Shown here one piece after another: positions 1 to 10,057 of a stretch of DNA of 64,000 bases. Origin of the DNA: Candidatus Spongiisociaceae bacterium (GTDB lineage Bacteria > Actinomycetota > Acidimicrobiia > Spongiisociales > Spongiisociaceae); contig OZ253564.1 of assembly GCA_965262915.1 (NCBI GenBank), forward strand, positions 3,712,001 through 3,776,000. Direction: 5' to 3'. Below the pieces are notes generated by a model, which made no database searches, was not told the DNA's origin, and worked only from the letters and a program-made list of their open reading frames with translations. Numbering within the stretch: position 1 is the stretch's first letter; every line of letters starts with the position of its first letter. The position numbers and the translations under genes were made by a program.

Positions 1-485
1 CGGCACCCGACAAGATCACCGGGCTCTACACCCTCGACAGCCTCATTCAGGGCGACTTATCGATGTGGTGGGAATCGTTCCGCCACCTGATACTGCCGGG
101 CGTCACGCTCGGGGTGGTGATCATGGCGCCGATCACGAGGGTGGCGCGCGCCTCGATGGTCGAGGTCATGCGCTCCGAGTACATCCGCACGCCCAAGGCG
201 TTGGGCATCGGCAAGCAGACCATCTACTTCCGCTACGCCCTCAAGAACGCCCTATTGCCGATCATCACCATGATCGGAACGATCGTAGGCTTCGTCTTCA
301 CCGGCGCGGTGCTCGTGGAGGCGGTCTTCAACTGGCCGGGCATGGGCAAGTACGGGCTGGACGCCATTGTCAAGTCCGATTTCACCGCGCTCCAGGGCTT
401 TGTCGTGATCGCATCGGTTTCCTACATCGTGGCGTTCTTCCTGGTCGATGTCGTGTACATGCTGATAGACCCGAGGACGAGATGA
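1..485 (+). CDS. Opp/Dpp-type ABC permease (OppB/DppB-like), 5'-partial
   Basis: Frame is open from the window edge; EAA-like loop (RASMVEVMRSEYIRT..ALG), VEAVFNWPGMG, C-terminal DPR. Confidence 0.92.
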   Translation, partial: APDKITGLYTLDSLIQGDLSMWWESFRHLILPGVTLGVVIMAPITRVARASMVEVMRSEYIRTPKALGIGKQTIYFRYALKNALLPIITMIGTIVGFVFTGAVLVEAVFNWPGMGKYGLDAIVKSDFTALQGFVVIASVSYIVAFFLVDVVYMLIDPRTR

Positions 486-495
486 GGAGGATGTC

Positions 496-1401
496 ATGAT
501 CGACATGACGCGGGACCTGCTCCCGGAGGGCGATTCCTTGGATGCCATCGCCCCCGGGCGCACCAGGTGGGGGAAGATCCGTTACGTCTTCGGCCAAAGC
601 AAGAGCCTGACGGCCGGGACGATCATCGTCGGCATATTCATCCTGATCGCGTTGCTCGCCAAGTTCATCACCACGTACGATCCCGGCGCCGTACTCACCG
701 GCGCCCCGTTGTCCGGCCTCAGCGGCGAGCATTGGTTCGGCACCGACAAGGTGGGCTCGGACGTGTTCTCCAAGACGATTGCCGCCACCGCGCTCGATCT
801 GCGGATCACGGTGTCGGCGGTGGTTACAGCCCTGGTGGCCGGTGTCGTGCTCGGTACTGTTGCCGGCTACTACGCCGGGATAGTCGACCTCGTCCTGCTG
901 CGCCTCCTCGAGATCCTCCAGTCGATCCCGACCTTGCTGCTGGCGATGATGGTGGTGGTGGCCATCGGGCCCGGGGAGGCGAACGTGGTCGTGGTCATGG
1001 CCTTCATCGGCATGCCCTACTACGCGCGCCTGGTGCGGGCCGAGATCCTCACCAAGCGCACCTGGGAGTTCGCGGAGGCGGCTCGAATGGTGGGTGGATC
1101 GGCGATGCGGGTAGCCTTCCGCCATCTGCTCCCGAACAGCCTCTCGCCGGTACTGGCGTACGCGTCGGTCAACGCGGCGTGGGTGGTGCTGGTGACGGCC
1201 GCGCTCGGGTTCCTCGGCATCGGCATCGAACCGGGCACCGCCGAGTGGGGATCGATGATCGCCCGGGGGCAGACGGAGATCATCACCGGCGAGTGGTGGG
1301 TCTCCGTGTTTCCGGGGCTGTTCGTCCTTATCCTCACTGCGGGTTTCTACCTGCTCGGCGACGGCGTACGCGACGTGATGGACCCGAGGTCACGGAAGTG
1401 A
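496..1401 (+). CDS. Opp/Dpp-type ABC permease (OppC/DppC-like)
   Basis: HWFGTD, FAEAARMVG, HLLPN, EWGSMI motifs; RBS GAGGA. Confidence 0.93.
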   Translation: MIDMTRDLLPEGDSLDAIAPGRTRWGKIRYVFGQSKSLTAGTIIVGIFILIALLAKFITTYDPGAVLTGAPLSGLSGEHWFGTDKVGSDVFSKTIAATALDLRITVSAVVTALVAGVVLGTVAGYYAGIVDLVLLRLLEILQSIPTLLLAMMVVVAIGPGEANVVVVMAFIGMPYYARLVRAEILTKRTWEFAEAARMVGGSAMRVAFRHLLPNSLSPVLAYASVNAAWVVLVTAALGFLGIGIEPGTAEWGSMIARGQTEIITGEWWVSVFPGLFVLILTAGFYLLGDGVRDVMDPRSRK

Positions 1402-1417
1402 AGGCAGGGAGGTTCTG

Positions 1418-2446
1418 ATGGCCGGGAACCTCGTCGAGATCCGCGACCTGCAGGGCTACTTCGACACGATCGGTGGGGAGGTCCATGCTCTCAACGGTGT
1501 CAGCTTCACCATCGAGGAGGGCAAGGTGACCGGCCTCGTCGGCGAGACCGGCTCCGGTAAGACGATGACCTCGCTCAACATCCCCCGCCTCATGCCGGAC
1601 AACTTCCGCTACATCTCGGGCCAGGTGCTGTTCCGCGGTAAAGACGTTCTCACCTGGCCGGAGGAGCGAATGGAACTCTTCCGCGGTGACGGTGTGGGTA
1701 TCGCCTTCCAGGATCCCAAGGCCGCCCTCAACCCGGTGTTCACGGTCGGGGAGCAACTCGGCCGCGCACTACGAACCCACACCGAGGCCACCAAGGGCGA
1801 GGCCAGGCAGGCGGCGCTCCGGATACTGGAACGGGTCAGGATCACCGACCCACGGCGCACCATCCGCCAGTACGCACACGAACTGAGCGGTGGTATGGCG
1901 CAGCGGGTCATGATCGCGCTGGCGGTGATCCACCCCCCCAAACTTCTGATCCTGGACGAGCCGACCACCGGGCTCGATGTCACGGTTCAGGCGGAGATCA
2001 TCTCCATGCTCCGGGACCTGGTCGAGTCCATGGGGCTTACGGTGCTGCTGATCACCCACGATCTCGGGGTGGTGGGCGAGTTATGTGACAACGTGGCGGT
2101 GATGTACGCCGGTCGGACCATGGAGTTCGGTGACATCAGCCAGATTTTCGAGCGACCCGCCAACCCGTACACGAGGGAACTCCTCCGATCTACCGAGAGC
2201 GTCGAGGGCGGGGTGGGGGACCTGTACAGCATCCGCGGCGCCCCGCCCGACCTCCGGAACCTGCCTCAGGGGTGTTTCTTCCAGGATCGTTGCCCGTCAG
2301 CAGAGGACATCTGCCGGACGGTTCCACCTGTGGTCGAAGTGGAGCCGGGCCACGTTTCGATGTGCCACTTCGCCGAGCGCTATCACTCGATGCCGGGACC
2401 TCTCCACATCACCAGGGGCGCCGACGCAGAAGGAGGCCGGGAGTGA
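1418..2446 (+). CDS. Opp/Dpp ABC ATPase (OppD-like)
   Basis: Walker A GETGSGKT, LSGGMAQR, LDEPTT, C-terminal Cys-rich domain. Confidence 0.95.
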   Translation: MAGNLVEIRDLQGYFDTIGGEVHALNGVSFTIEEGKVTGLVGETGSGKTMTSLNIPRLMPDNFRYISGQVLFRGKDVLTWPEERMELFRGDGVGIAFQDPKAALNPVFTVGEQLGRALRTHTEATKGEARQAALRILERVRITDPRRTIRQYAHELSGGMAQRVMIALAVIHPPKLLILDEPTTGLDVTVQAEIISMLRDLVESMGLTVLLITHDLGVVGELCDNVAVMYAGRTMEFGDISQIFERPANPYTRELLRSTESVEGGVGDLYSIRGAPPDLRNLPQGCFFQDRCPSAEDICRTVPPVVEVEPGHVSMCHFAERYHSMPGPLHITRGADAEGGRE

Positions 2447-3273
2447 CGCCCGGCAGCAACGGAACTCTTCTCACGGTTCGAGGCCTCACCAAGCACTTCC
2501 ACCGGGGTGTCTGGCCCCGCAAGCAAACCATCGTGGCCGTCGACAATGTCGACCTCCATGTGACCAGAGGGGAGAGCGTCGGGCTGGTCGGCGAAAGCGG
2601 ATCCGGCAAGACGACCACGGCCCGCAGCATCCTGCGGCTGGTCGACCCGACCTCAGGTGAGATCGACTTCGACGGTATCCGGGTTGATCAGACCCCCAGA
2701 TACAGAGTACGCCGCCTCTACCGGAACATGCAGATGGTCTTCCAGGATCCGAACTCGTCGCTGAATCCGCGCATGACGGTGCGCGATATCGTCACCGAGC
2801 CCCTGAAGCTCCACCTGAACATGTCGGGTCGGGAACAGGAGGAACGGGCCAATGAGATAATGTCCCTGGTGGGTCTGCGCGGCTTCCACCTCGATCGATA
2901 TCCCGGCCAGCTCAGCGGAGGCCAGCGCCAGCGGGTCGGTATCGGTCGGGCAATAGCCACCCACCCCAAGCTGGTCTTCCTCGACGAGCCCACCTCCTCG
3001 CTCGACGTGTCGGTGCGGGGTCAGGTGATGCAGCTGCTGGTCGATCTGCAGCGGGAGATGAACATGTCCTACGTGCTCATCAGCCACGACCTCGGAGTGG
3101 TGCGGCAGCTCAGCAGGCGGGTGATGGTCATGTTCGACGGTCGTATCGTGGAGGAAGGCCCCACCCGGCAGGTGTTCGAGCATCCCCGAGACGACTACAC
3201 CAAGAGGCTGCTGGCGGCCATCCCGTCCATGGATGGCTACCGCCGCAGGAGACAGCAGGGAGGAACCAGGTGA
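2443..3273 (+). CDS. Opp/Dpp ABC ATPase (OppF-like)
   Basis: GTG start overlaps upstream TGA; [21 protein letters not shown]. Confidence 0.95.
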   Translation: MTPGSNGTLLTVRGLTKHFHRGVWPRKQTIVAVDNVDLHVTRGESVGLVGESGSGKTTTARSILRLVDPTSGEIDFDGIRVDQTPRYRVRRLYRNMQMVFQDPNSSLNPRMTVRDIVTEPLKLHLNMSGREQEERANEIMSLVGLRGFHLDRYPGQLSGGQRQRVGIGRAIATHPKLVFLDEPTSSLDVSVRGQVMQLLVDLQREMNMSYVLISHDLGVVRQLSRRVMVMFDGRIVEEGPTRQVFEHPRDDYTKRLLAAIPSMDGYRRRRQQGGTR

Positions 3274-4235
3274 GCCGTGTCGTAGACGCCCACATCCACA
3301 TCTTCCGGGAACCTTCCTGGAGTCCCGAATCGCAGAAGGCCATGCCCACCTCCTGGGTGAACCAGGTTCGGTGGTTCGACATGGACGCCGACGACGCCAA
3401 GCGCCGCTACCGGGAGTCGGTGGACGCCTGCTGGGATCCCGACGGCGCCAAGACCATCGCCCGCATGGACGAGGCCGGCGTGGATGTCTCGGTGACCATG
3501 CCGATGGACCGGGGGCTCCTCACCGGCGACGAGGGCGTCGTGCCCTTCGAGGAGAAGAACGAGGGCTACTACGAGCTCACCCGGATGTGGCCGGGACGCA
3601 TCTATTCCTTCTGCGGAGTTGATCCCCGCCGTCCGAACGCCGCGAAGTTCCTCGAGAAGGCGATCGTCGACTGGGGATTCCTGGGTCTCAAGCTGTACCC
3701 CACAACCGGGTTCTACCCCGACGACGAGATCGTCCATCCCCTTTACGAAGTCTGCCGTGAGTTCGACGTTCCGGTCCTGCTGCACCAGGGGCATTCAGGC
3801 GGCCGTCTCAAGAGCAAGTACGGTCACCCGATGTACGTGGACTCGGCGGCGGCGGACTTCCCCGAGGTACGTTTCATCCTCGGCCACGGCGCCCGTTTCG
3901 AAACCTGGGCGAAGGAAGCCATGAGCGTGGCGATCTACAAGACCAACGTCCACCTCGAGATCAGCCTCTGGCAGCACTGGGCCAGCGTCGACGACCTGGT
4001 GAGGACCTTCGTCTGGATCAGGGACCGGATCGGCATCGACAGGTTGCTGTTCGGCAGCGACATGACCAACGTCGAGGTGTCCATGACGTTGAAGGAATGG
4101 GTGGACGTGATCCGTATGCTGCCGGAGTGGGCCAAACAACTCGGGTTCCGCCTCAGTCAAGAGGAGATCAACCTTGTCCTCGGTGGCAATACCGAGCGCG
4201 TGTACCGGATCCCACCGGTCGAGGAATCCGAGTAA
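3270..4235 (+). CDS. Amidohydrolase_2 family metallohydrolase/decarboxylase
   Basis: VDAHIH, GLKLYP, LHQGH, LGH, FGSD motifs. Confidence 0.88.
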   Translation: MSRVVDAHIHIFREPSWSPESQKAMPTSWVNQVRWFDMDADDAKRRYRESVDACWDPDGAKTIARMDEAGVDVSVTMPMDRGLLTGDEGVVPFEEKNEGYYELTRMWPGRIYSFCGVDPRRPNAAKFLEKAIVDWGFLGLKLYPTTGFYPDDEIVHPLYEVCREFDVPVLLHQGHSGGRLKSKYGHPMYVDSAAADFPEVRFILGHGARFETWAKEAMSVAIYKTNVHLEISLWQHWASVDDLVRTFVWIRDRIGIDRLLFGSDMTNVEVSMTLKEWVDVIRMLPEWAKQLGFRLSQEEINLVLGGNTERVYRIPPVEESE

Positions 4236-4272
4236 CCGGTATGAGATCGTCCCAAGCGACCAAGGAGACCCG

Positions 4273-4920
4273 ATGAGCTGGACCCACTACATGTACGAGC
4301 AGACCAAGGACATGTGGGAAAGGATCTACGAACACCCATTCCTGAGAGACTTGGCGGCCGGAACTCTCTCCGACGAGCGCCTCGCGTTCTATTTCGAGCA
4401 GAACACCCACTACATCAACAACGTGGTGAAGTGCCGCTCGATCGCGACGGCCAAGGCCCACAACAACGAGATACGGGACTTCTTCCTGAGCCGCACGGCG
4501 ATGGTGGTGGACGAGCTCTACCACCAAGAGGACATGTTGCGCCGGGTCGGCGGCCAGGCCGGCGCCCGGATCGCCCCCACCTGCCATGCCTACACCCGCC
4601 ACATCCTCAACCTGGTGTGGACGAAGGACCCGGTCGAGTACCTCGGGTCGTTCATGCCGTGCCCGTGGACGTATGACGAGATCGGGATCCAGTTGCGCAG
4701 CGCCGATCTCCAAGGCGCGCCCGCCGAGTGGTGGGAGTTCTACATGAGCGTGGAACACAACGAACTGGTGGCCAACTACCGCGCATTCGTGGACAAGTAC
4801 TCCGAGGGCCTATCGGATGAGCGGCGGCAGCAGATGCTGGACAACTTCATCATCAGCACCAACTACGAGTACCGGTTCTGGGACATGGCCTACAACCTCG
4901 AACAATGGCCCCTCGGCTAG
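4273..4920 (+). CDS. tenA: TenA/thiaminase II family protein (Cys-type, Asn at position 44)
   Basis: HPF..L..GTL, MPCPWTY (catalytic Cys), YEYRFWDMAY; RBS AAGGAG. Confidence 0.85.
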   Translation: MSWTHYMYEQTKDMWERIYEHPFLRDLAAGTLSDERLAFYFEQNTHYINNVVKCRSIATAKAHNNEIRDFFLSRTAMVVDELYHQEDMLRRVGGQAGARIAPTCHAYTRHILNLVWTKDPVEYLGSFMPCPWTYDEIGIQLRSADLQGAPAEWWEFYMSVEHNELVANYRAFVDKYSEGLSDERRQQMLDNFIISTNYEYRFWDMAYNLEQWPLG

Positions 4921-4933
4921 GTCGGGTGCACCC

Positions 4934-6490
4934 GTGAGCCGCCTGCTTGTCGTCGGGGACCCGGTCGTAGCGCTGGCCGGAAGCCATAGCGATATCGTCA
5001 CCGACGGTGCGTTGATCATCGAAGGCCGCCGGGTCGAGGCGCTGGGACGTCGCGAAGATCTCGAGAAACGGGGTCCTTTCGACCGCGTGGTCGGCTCGCC
5101 GCAACACGTCGTGATGCCCGGGTTCATCAACGGGCACTTCCATTCGATGGGGGCAGGTTCACCCGGCCTGTTCCAGTACGTCTTCGAGCGGATGAACACC
5201 CGTATCTTCCGCCGTGCCCTCACCGACGAGGACAGCAGAACCATCATCCTGGTGGCTCTGATGCGGGCGATCCGAGGCGGCCAGACCGGCGCCGTGGACT
5301 TCAACTACGGCAACCCCTCGCTGGCCGACTTCGGCAACCCTCCGATCCTCGACGCCTACCGCACCATCGGGATGCGGGTGGCTCTCGGCATGGTTACTCG
5401 CGACCAGAACATCTACGTCCATGCCCCCGACGAGGTGTTCCTGGCCTCCCTACCTGAGGATCTCGCCCGCCAGGTACGGGAATCGACCATGGGATACGCC
5501 TGGCCCACCGACGATGTGGTGGCGGCCTACCGGCGGGTCCACGCCGAGTGGGACGGCTGCGACGGGCGGCTACGGGTGATCCTCGCCCCGGATTGGACGC
5601 CCGCCTGCTCGGACGAGCTCTACCTGCTTAACCGCCGCCTGGCGGATGAGTACGACACCGGTATCACGACCCATCTGCTCGAGACCCGCTCCGAGATGCT
5701 GTTCAACCTCGAGGCCTACGGCAAAACCGCCATGCGGAGGCTGGCCGATATCGGCGTGCTCGGACCTGACGTGAGTTGTGCCCACTTCGTCTGGGCAACC
5801 GATGAGGACATCCGGATCCTGGCCGACACCGGAGCGGTCGCGGTGAACAACCCCGGATCGAACCTGCGCCTGAGCACAGGCATAGCCCGCGCCCGTGACA
5901 TACTCGACTCGGGAGCCGCGCTGGCGTTCGGAACCGACTCGATCTCCTTCTCGGATGTGGAGGACTTCTTCCAGGAGTTGCGTCTCGCCATGTACCTGCA
6001 GCGCATTCCCGCCGAGTTGGAGATCGGACGGCTGGACTCGCTCGAAGTGCTCCGCCGAGCGGCCGCGAGCGGCGCCCGGGCGATCCGCCAGGAAGAGGCC
6101 TTGGGGTCGCTGGCCGAGGGGAAGGAGGCGGATCTGCTAGTGCTCAACAAGGAACGCCTCCTCTGGCCACCACCCAAATACGCGTCGGTTCCGATCCTGG
6201 ATGTCCTTGTTGACCGGGCCACCGGATCCGATCTGGAGACCGTCATGATCGCCGGACGGATCGTTCTCGACGACGGGCGGTTCACCACCGTCGACGAGGA
6301 GCGGATCCTGGCCGACTTCGCCGGGGCAGGAAAAGACCGGCTCTGGGTAGCGACCGAACAGGGGCGGAGAGAGGCCCGGTTGGCGGCCGATGTCGAGCCG
6401 TACGTCCTCGACTTCTATCGTGAGTGGGCGCTGAAGCCGCTGACCCCGGCGTACACGTACAACGCTCGAGTCCCGCCCCAGGAGAGATAG
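4934..6490 (+). CDS. Amidohydrolase, SsnA/MtaD/AtzA-like deaminase
   Basis: PGFINGHFH, THLLE, AHFV, NPGSNLRL, FGTD. Confidence 0.88.
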   Translation: MSRLLVVGDPVVALAGSHSDIVTDGALIIEGRRVEALGRREDLEKRGPFDRVVGSPQHVVMPGFINGHFHSMGAGSPGLFQYVFERMNTRIFRRALTDEDSRTIILVALMRAIRGGQTGAVDFNYGNPSLADFGNPPILDAYRTIGMRVALGMVTRDQNIYVHAPDEVFLASLPEDLARQVRESTMGYAWPTDDVVAAYRRVHAEWDGCDGRLRVILAPDWTPACSDELYLLNRRLADEYDTGITTHLLETRSEMLFNLEAYGKTAMRRLADIGVLGPDVSCAHFVWATDEDIRILADTGAVAVNNPGSNLRLSTGIARARDILDSGAALAFGTDSISFSDVEDFFQELRLAMYLQRIPAELEIGRLDSLEVLRRAAASGARAIRQEEALGSLAEGKEADLLVLNKERLLWPPPKYASVPILDVLVDRATGSDLETVMIAGRIVLDDGRFTTVDEERILADFAGAGKDRLWVATEQGRREARLAADVEPYVLDFYREWALKPLTPAYTYNARVPPQER

Positions 6491-6492
6491 AG

Positions 6493-7290
6493 ATGTCGTT
6501 CACGATCACCCCGCTGGTAATGGCCTACGGACCCCAGCGGGAAAAGTCCCGTTTCACTTTTCTGCACAACTTCGGAGAGAAGATCGACCTCCCCTACGTT
6601 TCCTGGCTCATCCAGGACTCCGAGCGGGGCCTCAACGTGCTGGTCGATGTCGGGTGCAGCGCGGAGGAATACACGAACCACATCAAGCCCCCAGGAGAAA
6701 CCAGATTGCGGCACGCCGGTGAGGAATTCGCCGACGTCATCAACATCCGTCCTCTCGACCAGCTGCTGGCCGACCGCGGGCTCGACACCGGCGACATCGA
6801 CTTCATCGTCCTCACCCACCTGGATTGGGACCACTGCATGAACCTGCCCCTGTTTTCCGACACGCGGGTGATCGTCCAGCGGAAGGAGTGGGACGCTCTC
6901 CCACCCCATCCGTTCATAGCCTCAGGGTTCGCTCCCGATTACCGGTACCAGGAGATGGCGATACAGGGGATCGAACTTATCGAAGGCGACCAGCAGCTGG
7001 TTCCGGGATTGGATGTGCTCTTCACGCCCGGACACACGCCGGGCGGACAGTCGATCGCGGTTGAGACACCGAGAGGCCGCTACGTGATCGCCGGCCTCTG
7101 CACGATATGGGAGAACTACTTCCCAGACCCCGAGATCCTCAAGACCGCCAAGTACGAGGTAATCCCCCCGGGGGGCCACACCGACCTGTTCGCCGCCTAC
7201 AACAGCGTGGTGCGGATCCGTGACGAAGCGGGTACCCAGCTGCTTCCGGCCCACCATCTCGAGGCGTTCGATATGGAGCCGATCGCTTGA
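6493..7290 (+). CDS. Metallo-beta-lactamase fold lactonase (AHL-lactonase/4-pyridoxolactonase-like)
   Basis: THLDWDH variant of HxHxDH, TPGHTPG, C-terminal PAH. Confidence 0.85.
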   Translation: MSFTITPLVMAYGPQREKSRFTFLHNFGEKIDLPYVSWLIQDSERGLNVLVDVGCSAEEYTNHIKPPGETRLRHAGEEFADVINIRPLDQLLADRGLDTGDIDFIVLTHLDWDHCMNLPLFSDTRVIVQRKEWDALPPHPFIASGFAPDYRYQEMAIQGIELIEGDQQLVPGLDVLFTPGHTPGGQSIAVETPRGRYVIAGLCTIWENYFPDPEILKTAKYEVIPPGGHTDLFAAYNSVVRIRDEAGTQLLPAHHLEAFDMEPIA

Positions 7291-7667
7291 GCCTCTCGAG
7301 CGAAGAATCCGGTAACCGGGGTCTGGTAGCGGCTATGGTCGACGCGCTCAACGAGGCCGACATCGACCGGTTCGTCTCCTACTACACCGACGATGTCGAG
7401 GTGGACATCCTCCGCTTCGGACGGCATCTGAAGGGCGCCCGAGCCGTGGGGAAATGGATCGAGGACGCCTTCGATGCCCTCGATGGGTTCTGCAACGACA
7501 TCATCGGAATCTACGGGGACGGCGAGACGATCGCCTTGGAGGTGATCGCCCGCGGCACGGCTACGCGGCCGTTCGCGGGCAGGGAGGTTGGCGAACCTCT
7601 CGACGCTCACGAGGTGTACATCTACACCTTCCGTGACGGAAAGATCGCCGATGTCCGCGCCTACTAG
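7287..7667 (+). CDS. SnoaL/NTF2-fold protein
   Basis: 126 aa; ..YTDD.., C-terminal YTFRDGKI; coupled to the upstream gene. Confidence 0.85.
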   Translation: MSLSSEESGNRGLVAAMVDALNEADIDRFVSYYTDDVEVDILRFGRHLKGARAVGKWIEDAFDALDGFCNDIIGIYGDGETIALEVIARGTATRPFAGREVGEPLDAHEVYIYTFRDGKIADVRAY

Positions 7668-7687
7668 AAGCGGTGGACCCCCATTGG

Positions 7688-7786
7688 GAGGGTGCTGAGA
7701 AACCCCCTGACGGCCCGTCGGCCGATGACATAATGCCTGTTCAGAGGAGGACGGGTCGTTGCTCCCCACCGTTTTGCAGCACCCTC
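7688..7786. mobile_element. MITE family B, copy 1 (99 bp)
   Basis: TIR GAGGGTGCTGAGAAAC / GTTTTGCAGCACCCTC (14/16 match); flanks TTGG and CTAG. Confidence 0.65.
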
Positions 7787-8031
7787 CTAGAATTCCGACC
7801 GGTGGTGGCGTCGAGCTACGGATAGCAGCCGGGCCGACATGGAAAGATATGAATATCTTTCTCGAATAAGCGTGGATTTGCCCCTTTCTCCAGAAAGATA
7901 GTCTTATCTTGAGGTGTTGCCCAGACCAATCGGACATGCCTAGGGAAGCGCCAGACCTGCGCGATGCGGTGATCCATCGTTTGCATCCACCTACGATCAG
8001 GGTTAGAAACAGGCAGCAGCAGGAGGCGTGG

Positions 8032-8616
8032 ATGAACCGAACCGAGCCTATCCCACCGGATGTCCGCACGCGGCTGACCGAGTTGCGCACCGAGGTCGGC
8101 GGCCACCACGACCGTGAACCTCACGATCGGTACAGCCGGATGGCGATCGACCAAGCTATCGAAGGGGGATTGGAGGGCAACGCGGCGATCGGAGCGCTGA
8201 TCGTAGACCCGGACGGTGAAGTGATAGTCAGCGAGCGCAACCGGATGTTCGTCCCCCGGTTCAGGAGCGACTTCCACGCCGAGATGGTGCTCCTGACCCG
8301 CTACGAGAACGAGCTTGGCAACCGGGCCGATCTCCGTAGCCATACTCTGGTCACTTCCCTGGAGCCTTGCGAGATGTGCATGATCCGTATCATCAACTCC
8401 GGCGTGACCAACACCCTGTACGTCGCCTCCGACTTGGGGAAGGGGGGTATCACCGGTCCCAACCAGCTGGCTCCCCACTGGGCCCGGCTGGCCGAGCCAC
8501 AGAACTTTGCAACTGCGGATTGCTCCCCCCGGTTGGCCGAGATCGCCCTGGAAGTCTTCCAAGCGACGATCGGTGGCGTCATCGAGAAGATGATGGCCCG
8601 CCGCCTACCCGGGTAA
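8032..8616 (+). CDS. Cytidine-deaminase-fold nucleoside/base deaminase
   Basis: HAE and EPCEMC Zn motifs; RBS AGGAGG. Confidence 0.88.
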   Translation: MNRTEPIPPDVRTRLTELRTEVGGHHDREPHDRYSRMAIDQAIEGGLEGNAAIGALIVDPDGEVIVSERNRMFVPRFRSDFHAEMVLLTRYENELGNRADLRSHTLVTSLEPCEMCMIRIINSGVTNTLYVASDLGKGGITGPNQLAPHWARLAEPQNFATADCSPRLAEIALEVFQATIGGVIEKMMARRLPG

Positions 8617-8709
8617 TCGGCAAGGGGAACGACAGGACGACTAACCGATACTCACTCAGTCTCGTTACGGGCGGAGCACACGATCCCGAACGAGACCCAG
8701 GAGGTAACG

Positions 8710-9216
8710 ATGGACACAGCCATTACCACCACCGAGATCGTCTTCCGGCTGATACCGCTGCTCCTTGTCCTTGGCACCGCCGTCATGGGTCTCATCGTCT
8801 GCCTCAACAACATCACGGCCCCTGGAGCGAACCTCCGGTTCGTGGAGCACATCATGACCATGGACACCACCAACATGGACCGTGGTACGCAGTGGCGCGA
8901 GATCAGATCGCCGGCGCTGCACCGGGCAGCGTTCGTCTCCATCCTGGTTTGCGAGGTGGCGGTCACCGTGCTCGGACTGGTCGGTAGCTACTTCCTGGCC
9001 GTCAACCTCACCGCTGCGGCCAGCTCCTGGGAGTCCGCCAAGCTGTTCGGCTATCTGACGTTCATCATGGCCCTGGCGGTGTGGTTCCTGATCATCCAGG
9101 TGGTGGGGGCCGAGTGGTACGTCAGTTGGCAGTCGGAGAAGTGGAACGCCATCCGCGACTCCACCCGCATCAACCTGATCACCATCGCCGGAGTCATCCT
9201 TCTGCGGCTGTCGTAG
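8710..9216 (+). CDS. DUF2165 small integral membrane protein
   Basis: NNIT...N..FV.HIMTMDTT and GAEWY..WQS..WN motifs. Confidence 0.8.
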   Translation: MDTAITTTEIVFRLIPLLLVLGTAVMGLIVCLNNITAPGANLRFVEHIMTMDTTNMDRGTQWREIRSPALHRAAFVSILVCEVAVTVLGLVGSYFLAVNLTAAASSWESAKLFGYLTFIMALAVWFLIIQVVGAEWYVSWQSEKWNAIRDSTRINLITIAGVILLRLS

Positions 9217-9217
9217 G

Positions 9218-9252
9218 TTGCGGTAGTCGGTGGTCAGTGGCCGGCGGACAGG
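9218..9252. repeat. Degenerate 7-bp tandem array (consensus about GGYCRGW), 5 units
   Basis: ttgcggt agtcggt ggtcagt ggccggc ggacagg. Confidence 0.6.
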
Positions 9253-9289
9253 GAGTCCACCAACGTATAGGGTCTCGAATGCAGAACAG

Positions 9290-9577
9290 CTACTCGACCG
9301 GGACCGGTGGTGGGGCCGGATCCACGACAGCTGTCGTCAAACCGTCACGAGCTTCCAGATAACCCTCGACCCTCGCAACCGCCACCTTCAGATCGGCGCC
9401 ATCCCGCTCCAAGTTGCCGATCTTTCCATCCAACTTGTAATAGACACCGTCGACCTTGGCATCGAGATCGGCGATCCTTCGATCGAGCCGGACGAACAGC
9501 GCGATGACCACGCCGATGGTGGTCATCGACATACCCACTATTGCGACGAGCATCACCAGGATCTCCGTTGCGATCAA
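9290..9577 (-). CDS. Small protein with N-terminal TM helix and coiled coil, copy 1 (95 aa)
   Basis: Hydrophobic N-terminus then heptad pattern ending VARVEG; RBS present; paralog next door. Confidence 0.8.
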   Translation of the reverse strand: MIATEILVMLVAIVGMSMTTIGVVIALFVRLDRRIADLDAKVDGVYYKLDGKIGNLERDGADLKVAVARVEGYLEARDGLTTAVVDPAPPPVPVE

Positions 9578-9630
9578 GACCTCACTCCTACCACGTGAAC
9601 AATCTTAACATACCAAATCTATCAAGCGGA

Positions 9631-9707
9631 AACCAGTAGTCGATGGCCGGAAGCCGGTCGCCGGAGGTAGGTGATCAGTCGCCGGAGGTCGGAGGACGGG
9701 GGTCGGC
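9631..9707. repeat. Degenerate 7-bp tandem array, 11 units
   Basis: aaccagt agtcgat ggccgga agccggt cgccgga ggtaggt gatcagt cgccgga ggtcgga ggacggg ggtcggc. Confidence 0.75.
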
Positions 9708-9737
9708 CAACCTAGCGGGTCTCGATCGGCGGAACGG

Positions 9738-10004
9738 CTACTCGACCGGGACCGATGGTGGGGCCGGATCCACGGCTGCGGTAGCAAAACCGTCGCGAGC
9801 TTCCAGATAACCCTCGATCCTCGCAACCGCCACCCTCAAGTCGACCACATCCTCCACCAAGTTGCTCATCTTGGCGTCCAACTTGTGATACACACCGTCG
9901 ATCCTTCGATCGAGCCGGACGAACAGCGCGATGACCACGCCGATGGTGGTCATCGACATACCCACTATTGCGACGAGCATCACCAGGATCTCCGTTGCGA
10001 TCAA
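9738..10004 (-). CDS. Small protein with N-terminal TM helix and coiled coil, copy 2 (88 aa)
   Basis: N-terminus and upstream region identical to copy 1; lacks 7 aa (ADLDAKV). Confidence 0.8.
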   Translation of the reverse strand: MIATEILVMLVAIVGMSMTTIGVVIALFVRLDRRIDGVYHKLDAKMSNLVEDVVDLRVAVARIEGYLEARDGFATAAVDPAPPSVPVE

Positions 10005-10057
10005 GACCTCACTCCTACCACGTGAACAATCTTAACATACCAAATCTATCAAGCAGG

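Noticed and set aside
7686-7750. TPP riboswitch-like words (GGTG-CTGAGA-AACCC-CCTGA...ATAATGCC) near a tenA operon
   Set aside because: There is no P3 stem, spacing and P5 pairing are wrong, and the CGTAGG end is missing. The segment is better explained as a MITE end. An Infernal search with RF00059 would settle it.
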